From assembly GCA_030141605.1 (NCBI GenBank), contig JAQGDQ010000079.1, positions 496,001 through 560,000 of the forward strand: a stretch of 64,000 nucleotides of DNA. Reading direction: 5' to 3'. Numbering within the stretch: the first letter of the stretch is position 1; every line of letters starts with the position of its first letter. Origin of the DNA: Tubiluchus corallicola. Lineage: Eukaryota > Animalia > Priapulida. This document shows, in pieces, positions 53,476-64,000 of the stretch. Under the pieces are notes generated by a model. It made no database searches and was not told the origin of the DNA. It saw only the letters and a program-made list of their open reading frames with translations. The position numbers and the translations under genes are program-made.

Positions 53476-55734
53476 AACAATACCAGTAACTGCACAAGTA
53501 GAATAAGTATAGTGGCAGTGATAGGGATTAGTAAGGTACGTCTACAATAATCATTGCATTGGTAATTTGTCAGAATAGTGTAAACTGTACAAGCTATAGA
53601 ATAGAGTAATGAGCAAACATGCTTACTAGATAAATGCGAACACAGTTCAGAAACTAGATTTGAAAATTACTTAATGCCAAAGAACACTAATAATGTTGAC
53701 GCTTTACATGTCTAGGGTACTAAAATTACAAAAAGGATGTCACGTTTACATTGTTTTCATCATACTTTCGACAAATTAATAAGACGTGTTCGCGTCTTGA
53801 ACGACGTCTTTATCTGTTTACTTTGTTCTCGTTGAAACCATTACAAACACAACGCTGCGCCTTAATTGCGGTTTGATTCACCTTGTAAACAGAAGAGGGT
53901 TGCAACACAAGTGGAATTCTCATTCCTGAGCAAATTGGAATAACAGTCTAAGCTGAGTTGCGGTCCTAATTATGCATAAAATGGGTATTTTCAATACAAG
54001 TAAATTATTCGGTAAGAAACCACCTTGTAAAAAAGAAATGACACCCACACGTGCAAAATAAACAGCGGAAAGCCAGGTTTGTGCACAAACGACATTTAAA
54101 TGTAAACGCCAAATTTTTAGCGATAGGCAAACGTGTACACAAGAAACGGCAGCTACATACCTAAGGACAAGTTCTCAGACGACGAAACACGTTGAATGGA
54201 ACTATGCCACATTATACGTCCAAGCTAAATTCTCAGTTAAGACGTCAACTTGCACAGAAATTAAGACATGGAAGTCTACGTTTAGACACAAAATCTAAAT
54301 TTTGTTTTCAGATGACAGATTAACTTGTGTACGTGTTGTGCAGAACGTCAAGAACGACAGAACCTTACCCTTAATTCAGAGCTGAGCGACTAACTGATGC
54401 TGGACATGTTTTGCAGACAGATGGTTCGTGTACAAAAGGTGAAAAACATCTTACTCATATCACAGCTTGAGCAAAAAATGGTAACAACATGTAAAACCTA
54501 TTTTCTCCGTAGCACACTAGCTTACGCATAAGAATTTATTATTAATTTTCTGCCAAGAGGTGCGATTATTAGCTTTCGCGCAGAAATCTTAAGCATTTAG
54601 CGTTTTTCAGTGAAAGCTAATCTGCCATTTAAAGTGGAAGAAACGTATCATTGATATTTAGATAACATAAAGTATTAAATAACTAACTATTCACCTTTTA
54701 TTAGTAAACTTCTAGAATTTAAAAGCAACGATATTTTTCTGTTAGCAGACATACCTTTCAAGAATTCTCGTAACTGAGAAAAATTTGCACTCCAGAGATC
54801 TCACCACCTCGCCCGAGAGGATAAGGCAATAATAGCAAAAAAATTCTCAAATGACAAACGATCGCAACACGAAAATGGAAAATTGTTCAAAACATAATTA
54901 TAACTGTTTCAGTCCAACTTTTACTGCTACGTTAGAACACTGTAAAATGAGATATGAGAAAATAACTACATTGTTGAAGTAATACATCAAGGCCAATGCC
55001 AGATCTCATATGTCTCATATGCAGTAAAATAGCTTAGCGTTTCAGAGTAGTTCCGCAGAGGCCTATTACGCGCAGCTTAGCTAGCCACTTAGTCAGCTCT
55101 ATATAGTACTGACATGCTGACTGAGATGTATCACCTACTAGGCTTCTGTGATAACTCTGTAACGTTCACCATAAAACCAGTGATGCCAATATCACATCAT
55201 TGTAAATTAATGCTGAAGCCGAGTTATCCGTAATTGCATTTAAACGGAATTCCCTAAACTGTTCAAAAGAAACGCAACCAGCTAATCAACTGTTATGTTG
55301 GTCCGCCTCGTGTTTTTGTGATGGACATTCTTTGCATGTTTAGCGTTGCAAAACACGTTTAAATTTTCTTTAGATTTGTTCAAAACGACGTAATTTAATC
55401 CCCTCATCTTATAGCTTATATCTTTTTAAATAATTGGTTAATGACTAATTATCAAGTAGTGATTAACAAATAATAGATTTCTATTTCTCAGTAAAGAGAA
55501 TAAGATCTTAAACGGGACCATTATTAATAAATTTGTCCTCGGGCTCAAGTAAAAATCAATACAATACAACACTGCATACGGAAATTAAGAAAAACAAAAG
55601 TTTAAATAAATTATGTGTAGGCCTACCTTGCTTTGCTTTTAAATTAGGACCATAGTCAGGTGCACGTTTAATTATAAAACGCATTATTTTCTTACAACAG
55701 TTACTTTGAAAAAACTGACATCCGATTAGTGACA

Positions 55735-57137
55735 AACACTAAATCAAAGTGACATAATTCCATGGAACAAAGTGCCAGATGACAATATGTATTTTCCTGT
55801 TTTTTCGAAATCTCTTGTCTAATCTCCGATTATATCCCTACTAGCGCCTGCATCTCGGAAACTCATTGCACAAAAAACAGATGCTGTATCTCTCAGTTCA
55901 GAAGTGTTCCTTTATAGCGAAGTGCACACGTTCGAGAGCTTTTGTATTAACACAGCGGTAAAGTTAAAATTGACACTTTAAATTTAATATGTGCCCCGTT
56001 CTTGTGCATCACACTTCATCAGTAGCACTGTACTTCAATTTTCGTTTTCGCAATACGTGCAACACTTTCGTGCGTGGAACTTTGTGCTGTTGAAAATTAT
56101 GTTCACTTGTAATGTTATCACTAGTTGAGTTCACCGGCGCTTAATAAAGTTTTTGCCTATTATTTAATTATCAGAAACGCTCTGGTATTATTACTGATAT
56201 TAAAGTCTATACTTTTTACCGTGCTTCAAAATGGGGTAGGATATAGAAAATAATCCTGCTTTCCTAAGTAGCTGTAGCCTTCTAATTCACCTTTTGCCAT
56301 CAGATCTGCTCTCTCAACAAAAATTTTTATGTCATGGATAAGCCAACAAAAAGCGTGTGGTCGAAGAAAACTTTTTTGGGTAAACGTCATTTGGAGCGAT
56401 TTTAATTGCAGTGTATTGACGTTGTTATAGTGATCGAAAAATTATTGCTTCTGGTGTTACGTTGCCCAATTCTTATATAGTAAGTGTTTGTAATAATTTG
56501 TGTCGGCTTAGCATGTAGATAGAAACGTCATTTACAGTGGTGAAGAACTAAACTTACTTAACATGAATTCTGTCACTTTGGTCCTTGTTTGACAGTTTGA
56601 AACAACGACGAGCCATTGCTTCTTGAGCAGATGTATAGTGTTGTTTTAAATCTGCATAGCGATAATGTAACGATACAATACATTCTTACTGCTTAGTTAT
56701 CTTCTTCTACCGCTCTTGAAGTATAACAGTTGAACTTTACCTATATCTTGAGGTGCACTGGAGACATTCATTGCATGTGCAGCAGAGCGTGCAAAATGAG
56801 TTACATTGTATATTCTTTAATTAAATTGCAGAAACGTTGGCACATTTGAGCAGAATAAAATTGGCATGCCATGCATCGTGACGCACATACATGTATATAT
56901 AAATCTCCCGGCACATGTAATGAATAATTTGGCGAAGTATTGGCGTTACTGATGACAATGTTATTGCTTGCAAATTAGACAAGTATGCATAGCAAAAATT
57001 TATTTTACCTCTTATGCACCGCAGGTAGATCACATAGGTGCCATTGAACACAGCCAAATAATTGCAAACACTAAATCAGCGACATAATTCCATGGAACGC
57101 ATTGCCAGATGACAATATGTATTTTTCCTATTTTTTC
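55735..57137 (+). repeat. ~70-bp direct repeat pair at 55735-55806 and 57067-57137
   Basis: aaacactaaatca..gacataattccatggaac....tgccagatgacaatatgtatttt in both copies. Confidence 0.8.
55890..56140 (+). repeat. Dispersed repeat, copy 2 (copy 1 at ~43160-43410)
   Basis: Same blocks in the same orientation and order. Confidence 0.8.
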
Positions 57138-59659
57138 TGTATTTTCTAGAGTAAATTGCGTCTAAAAGCTTGGTTGAACACACATACACATCTGTTGCAA
57201 GCGATTCAAAACTATAAGGAAATGAGAAATTTTTGAACGTCTTGGAAGAAAATCTTGCTGATTTTATTGAACACTACATCGACAACTAGCTTCAAAGTCG
57301 ATTTACAAATGATTGGAAAGAAAAAAATCAGTCCTACTGCCTGATTGTTGACATTTGCTGAAAACTATATAAAAAACTGAAACAAAATTTTACATTTTAC
57401 CAGTAAATAAGCTTACAGCCCATTGTTACAAGTCGATTAAACAAGTACCAGTAAAAAGAGGTAAAAGGTAGAATTGACACTAGAAAAAGCACAGCCATAA
57501 GCCTAGATGACACGCTACAACTAGCGATTCACAAATCACATCCTTAATAAAATGTACTTTACAACATTGACAAGTCTTTCCAAATAATTTTGTGTCTCAT
57601 GGTGATTTTAAAAGTGATATCTCCATAACAAAGGGCAACTTTTTTAATGATCGAGCTACGATCAATAACTGATTTAAAATCAGTACAGTCTTCAGAAAAA
57701 AATGTGATCGTTAATCAAATCGATAATTAGTAAACACCGCCAACATGCCCAAAATTTTGAAATGCTAGCTCCAATTCAAGCCTGTGCTCCTGTGGGCGTA
57801 GCTTGTTAATTAGTGAGCTGAACGTTAATTACGGGCTAATTAATCTAATAATAACTACTGCGGTACATTTAACTCTGAATATTATTTGGAATAATAACAT
57901 CTATTGATCAGTAATATTCTAGAGTTGATATTTCAGTTTTGAATATTTTTATGTTTCTTTTGGTCATAAGTTAACTGATAGCAGATATCAAAAATATTAT
58001 CGCAAAGGAACTATCTAGTCGGTACTATAAACGGCGCGCGCCTAAGCGTTTATACCGTGTTAATATTTTTGTTACCGTGCTCATTGTTAATTGCTTACTT
58101 TGCTTAGACTGCGTTATACTGTGTTTCACGCAAAAAAAACGCGAAGCAAAATTTCTAGAGGAAAAATTAAAATTTGACGGCTTAATCACGTTTTCTTATT
58201 TAACGAACAACGGTTAACATGCTTTAGCACATAATTTCAAGTTTTTAATCTATCTTTTGTCACATAGACGATTTATAGCAAAAAAACGACGATTATATTC
58301 ATCTGAACAAATAAATAACATGTGCAAATAATTAATATATAGCCTGTCTATATTCGTAAAACTAGGAATTCTAAAAATGAACTAGAGTTCTGTTGATTAA
58401 TCTCTATTAACTGTATGTAATTCTTGATGAATGCCTTGTCGCGAAAAAGCGTCCGAAATTTTTTTAGAAATTGGCCTTAGGGACAACTAAATAACTGAAA
58501 GGACAAGGCCTCTGCATAGACTGCAGTTTCTTTGATCTCAGTCAGTGAAAGTCTCTCGAGGAACGGAAAGCACAACTTTCGGCATTGACAATAAAGACAA
58601 TCAAAGAGACATATACCTAATTACCTGTACTAATAAGATTGAGAAACCTGTATAATGTTTGTGTTTGTGTTCAGTGTCACTTTGTTTACGGACTTCTGTA
58701 TAATCTATGATACAAAAACACCAAAATTACGCTTCCTACAGAGATTAGAGAAGACGTTTTAATCATAGATAGATGAAAAGCTAGAAGCTAAGAAGCCAGA
58801 TGATGAAGTATTCCCTTGAGAATCATAATGTATGGTGAACCTTCGCCTGAAAGCAAGATAAAATTGGCTCAAAAAGCAGAGCAGTGCCTCGTAAGATCCT
58901 ATCGACTCAGGTTAGGTCAGGAAGTGTTAAGTATCAGGTTTTTGGTTCAAATCCAGAGTTGTAACCTACTTTTAACAGTACCTCTCTACTTCTTAATAAA
59001 CAGAAACGATTTATTACATGGTTCACGTAAGATTTAATATTTATTTTCACTCATTCCAAGTTCTGTCCCCAGATCTGTACTCTAATTAGTCATTCAGAAC
59101 TAATTATGAATGTTTCTTTGTCAACCTCCTCTTGTTTGCCTCACCCTTTGATCTCTCTCCTCTCTCTCTTTCTCTCTTTATCCCTTATTCTCTTCCTCTC
59201 TATCTCTTCTTGAACACAAAGTGAGCTTTTAGTTTTTTAGTTGTCAAGAATCAGGGAATTTTGCTGATAATAAATTTTTAATCATTTTAACTGTTAAACA
59301 TTTATACGGTCTGATAACCGTGCAAATGGAGACGCCATGAGCAAATAGTGGATTATTGTGGTTCAGCGAGCTACTAATCGCCATTTTAAGATAACATAAG
59401 AAGATACCTTAACTTGGTCAAGTGTACCATGCAGATAGTAGAGATAAAGTAATCGAATAGTAAGTTTAGCCTTGAAATTTAGTTTTTCGGTAAATATCGA
59501 ACTTTGAACCTTGAGCAAGGAATAATCAGAAATTTTCTGTATCTGGTCTCTCAGTTTCAATTGTGGAAAGGGCCAATGGAAAACAATCCTATTTTAGAAG
59601 TATTGCTGCTTTTTTTCAATACTTTAGTTAATATTAATTAAATATTTTTGTCTGTAGAA

Positions 59660-59890
59660 CTTTTTTCCCCGCCTCTTTTCCAGTAGTAAAAATATTTCTA
59701 TTTTAACATCGAAATTACTTGTTTTAATTATTATACTGTGCAGAAATATGAGGTACCTATTCATAACGCACTCAAATACGCCTGTACATGCAGTTGGTGT
59801 AATAACGAAAACTTAAAATAGGGATACTTTAAAATAGATTAAAGACAAAATAGAAACATTTTTACGACTGGAGAAGAAGCGGAAAATAAA
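59660..59890. repeat. Fold-back inverted repeat (MITE-like)
   Basis: ccgcctcttttccagtagtaaaaatatttctatttt pairs with aaaatagaaacatttttacgactggagaagaagcgg. Confidence 0.65.
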
Positions 59891-60534
59891 AAAATATTTT
59901 AAAAATGTGTTTAGCCTAGTCCAGGAATTACACCGCCTCCCACCGTGGTGTGTAACCTGATTTTGAAGAAAAAAAGCGTCTAGTGCTCACATTATTTATA
60001 CTTTTTAATTAAGGCGTTTACAAAATGTACACAGTGAACAAACTTGAAACTTTTTCTGCAGAAAATTTGTTACGTACGTGTATTTCTGTGTTTTGCTATG
60101 TATATTGCATAATCCGTTACATGTAGTCACAGTTATCTCCAAGTCTTAGTATTGTATGACTTTGTTTTTCTTTAGGATTGTAGCTTAAGACAAACTTTTG
60201 TTATACTGTGTACAATGCATGCTGAAAAAGCTTGGCTTTGTTGTAACGGCCCTAACTTAGTTAAAACCTGTATTGGCACAGAAATAAATGTGCCAGTGAT
60301 TAACAATCTCTGTGCCACCAAACACATGCGCCTATAATTTTAGATTGGCACAATATAGGGTGTGACTTAGTTCAATACCGATTGTCTAATGCAGGGGCAG
60401 ACGATTTTGTTGTTGATCATCATTAAATTTGTCTATAAACGTATGTCCAGACGCAAATTTCTCTAAACCAAGTTATGCTCATAGACAAGTATATTCGTGT
60501 ATAGGGGAAGTTTAGACTTGAACGAGACACTAAT

Positions 60535-60760
60535 GTCGCTGTTGTTGTTGTTATCGATGTCTTTTTCGTTGTCATTGCTGTTGCTACTTTGTTGTTGTTG
60601 TTGTTGTTGTCGTCGTCGTCGTCACTGTTGTCATTACTGTTGCTACTTTGTTGTTGTTGTTGTTGATGATGATGATGTTGTGGTCGTCGTCGCTGTTGCT
60701 GATTTCGCCATCGCCGTCGCCGCCGCCGTCGTCGTTGAACTTGTTATTGCTGTCGTTGTC
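60535..60760. repeat. (GTT)n/(GTC)n/(GAT)n compound microsatellite
   Basis: gttgttgttg...gtcgtcgtc...gatgatgat. Confidence 0.9.
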
Positions 60761-63700
60761 GAACAGCAAAGCAAACCCTCATATTCGAGCAATCGTTGTC
60801 GAACAACAAAACAACCAGCAAACGCTCATATTCGGATTGCTCAAATTTGAATTGACCGAATTGTTGCTACTGTCTACACACGTAAATTAGGTGACGTCAT
60901 AAATTTATTATGCAACTAATTAACAGTTAACCCTCGGGTGTCGTTTGTGTCACGCCTCGGTGGCATGTTTTACGCGAGCAAGGTGTACGGAAGTCTGTTT
61001 TCTGTGCCTCAGCCGTGAGTAAAAGAGGGCAAAATGACATTAACACACTTCACTTATAAGACCATAACAAATATGGACTACGTTAGACGCAGTGAAATTG
61101 CTGGTAGTCAAAAAGAGAGGTGCTAAGTGTTGGATTATCATTGCCGACACGTGCGCAAGCCTGAATCTCAAACAAGCTTTTTTGTGTGTTAAAGAAGTTA
61201 TTGCATCTGGCTCTGAATTAGTAAGTTTAACTTTTAGTTGTACAGAAGTTATGTATAGAAGTAATACATGATTAATATTCATTATAAGTTTGTGAGACTT
61301 TAATTTTACAGTTAATGAATCTAAATTTGTATTCGACCACGTATCTTTTGCACATAAAATACAGACTATAAAAACTGCTATTTTGTTCATGAAGACTAAG
61401 TGAAATTGTTAAGACAGGTGGTATACTTTTGATTTAGATTCAAATCTTTAATTAATTTACATTGAAATTCAATTTAATTTGAGACTACGTAAAAATATTA
61501 TGGCTGGGAAAACAAAGTACGCTTATTTCAATAGTGAATAAAAATTGCATATAAGAAGGCCTTTGAGGCCCTTTCTGATAATGATAAATGTAAAATGCTC
61601 CGTCTAAAGCTGGAAAAGGTGTGTTGGTCAGATGAGAAAAACATGAGACAGATTTCCGGTTCAACCACAACGATATAGAGCATAAGAAACCCCTTCACTT
61701 ACATAAAGCTTAAAAAATTCGTCCTGAAATCGTTAGAGCACATGTCACTAACTAAATCAAATTTTAAATTACTGTATTTTGTCAACGTGGGTCAAGGTGA
61801 GTCAACTACATTGTACGATTTGGTGAAAACATTTTAAATAATTAATAATTTCTTTTTCCAAGTTACATAAGTCTTTCAAGCAAGTAAGCGAAATGCTAAG
61901 TAATATAACTTCGCATGGAAAGTTTTTTTGGGACGTAGTTTAACATTTCTTTTTCTTCCCCTGATTTACGTGGTGAGGTCGATTTACGGGGGGATTTAAA
62001 GCGAAAACAAACAAAAAATCCTTTCAACGCGAGTGCGATATACGCATAAAATTGATATAAAGTAATATAATTTTTAAGGCGATTTTTCTGAAATCTACGT
62101 CAGGTACCCCTTTTCTTGTCCTTTAACGTTTGTGGAAGACCTACACAAAAAGCAGTAATCTATTAAAGTCGGCTTTATATACATAAAGGTAAAGATAAAA
62201 GTTTAACTGGCAGTTTTGTTGTTCTTGTATACTTGCTTTGTTAAAAATTATACGTTTCCGTTTTTCTAAGATGAATCAGTCCCAAAAAGTTACAAAGTGC
62301 TCATAAATTTTGTTCGCTTTAATTCTGTGAGACTGTCGTTTGGATTTGTAAATTTACTGAAATATCTATTTTAACAGTAAAATAAAGGTAGTAATTATTA
62401 AGGTTAGTGTGGCGACTGTCAGGTGTCAACATTCCTTGACAGTTATTAATATCGTGATGTCAGTATGAGCTATTAATGTCAGAAATTAGGGTACTGATAG
62501 CTATAAACTCGCAGTCGGTCAGAGATTATACCATGGTATATTGTTCTTGGATTTTTCTTCTTAGACACGTTTCTATTTTATTTTCCTCTTAAAAATCATG
62601 GTATGTCGTGTGATGCATAATTTTCATTTCATTTTAATTTATTTTATCATTATATTTTTTACAATAACCAAACAATCATACTAAACTGCAGCTTATATTA
62701 TGAAGATAATCACTCAACCCTATATGTTAGGCTTGTTTATTTATCTAATTTATTTTTTCTTTTCAATTTTTAGTGTTGTATATCTAGACTGTTGACTGAC
62801 TGATTGACTGAGTGACCTGCCGATTGAATAATTGATTAAGCAATCTCATTATAATCAAAGCATCGAGAAAGAGATGAGACCTGAACACACAATATTCTTG
62901 TGTTCGCTCGTACTCTAATTACTTGCCTAACTACAGTAACTCCAACTGCTTCTCTATAACATTAATATGCGGTACAAAAATACGCTTTTCGGTTTTTTCT
63001 TTTTTTATCAAACAGCTGGCACTAGAGGTGTATACGCATCTACGAAAAGTGAAAATGAAAAAATATTATTGTGACAGGTTTAAAATTTGAAAACCGCTTG
63101 TCTAGACACGCTAATAATGTCACTCCAATGATTGCTCAAATGAGACAATAATTATAGTCATTTAGCGGGCTAGATTCAAAGTGTTCTTGCAAATGGCTCA
63201 ATTTCCGCATTGGCGTCAACTCAAAGAACAATCATCATGTAAATAAATAAACTTTTTTACTGTCAACCCAAAGCGACTAAAATGTGTAAGAGCACTGTTC
63301 TGAAAGTAAAACGAGTTTAACCAGAATTCTAAAGTAATTTGATTTTGGTTAGTCAATGCTGATTACTAACTTATTAGGAAGGCACATTGCATATCTACAA
63401 ATGAAAATGCCACTCAATCGCCATGCAGAAAATAATAATAACGTTTTTGGCTAAATTCAATGATAATGTTTTGAATTTCAGGTTAATCCTTAAGATGGCC
63501 AAGCAAGAATTTCTCTCATTGCTTTTGGTGAGTAATTGTTCATCAGTTACTAATAAAACATGAAAAAACAAGAAAAGTAACAATAGTAACACTATTTTTC
63601 TTCTCGCACTATTATAGCTATAAGGCTCTGTAAAAGGCAGATTCCACCATTTCCTAGACAGAAGCTAAAAAATAAAGAAAAAATTTTATCACCACGCAGC

Positions 63701-64000
63701 CCAAGGTCACGATGAGTGACGGTCTACGAAAGTTAAGGATCTTCGAGCCTGATATCTAAATGGGTGAACGATTTTATCAGCTATACTGCCTCGCCATAGC
63801 TACTACAGCTTTATTGAGAACCAAGGCATTATCACATGTACACCTCTGAAAGTGACCGACCTCTGACACGTCTGCTTGCTCAATATCTCATCTTAGATGA
63901 TTACTCTTGATAATATTGTAGACGTTCGTGCCACCAGGTTGGTGAACTATATAAAACAGATTGTATTAAAACAGATAAAATTTAAAAAATGTTCATTGTG

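Noticed and set aside
60497-60890. ORFs with poly-Leu/Cys/Val runs
   Set aside because: Translation of a compound trinucleotide microsatellite
53500-64000. Search for a further gene upstream of Amt
   Set aside because: Only short ORFs without motifs, repeats and faint LINE-like debris (~58700-59040); no supportable exon chain, though Amt 5' UTR exons probably lie here

Overview
AT-rich, intron-containing animal (probably invertebrate) genomic DNA; no prokaryotic features. Four protein-coding genes were reconstructed by hand from GT-AG junctions and reading phase. (1) The 3' part of a + strand extracellular protein gene: at least 8 phase-1 thrombospondin type-1 (TSP1) exons followed by a CNTNAP/neurexin-IV-type fibrinogen-like domain whose last strand is encoded by two paralogous alternative exons. 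(2) A 9-exon ATG4C/D-type cysteine protease on the - strand (~870 aa) with a ~408-aa low-complexity insertion. (3) An intronless LYPLAL1-like serine hydrolase on the + strand. (4) A 10-exon Amt-family ammonium transporter on the - strand (467 aa), followed by a frameshifted tandem copy of its last two exons. Introns and spacers carry hAT and Harbinger-like MITEs with TSDs, remnants of Penelope, BEL/Pao, LINE and THAP elements, a decayed tRNA-Ile and microsatellites. The most interesting signal is a candidate alternative-splicing system in the TSP1 gene: microexons, a GCATG-rich intron, duplicated C-terminal exons with an adjacent hairpin, and a possible membrane-anchor exon. All splice models are inferred from sequence alone, without transcript data.
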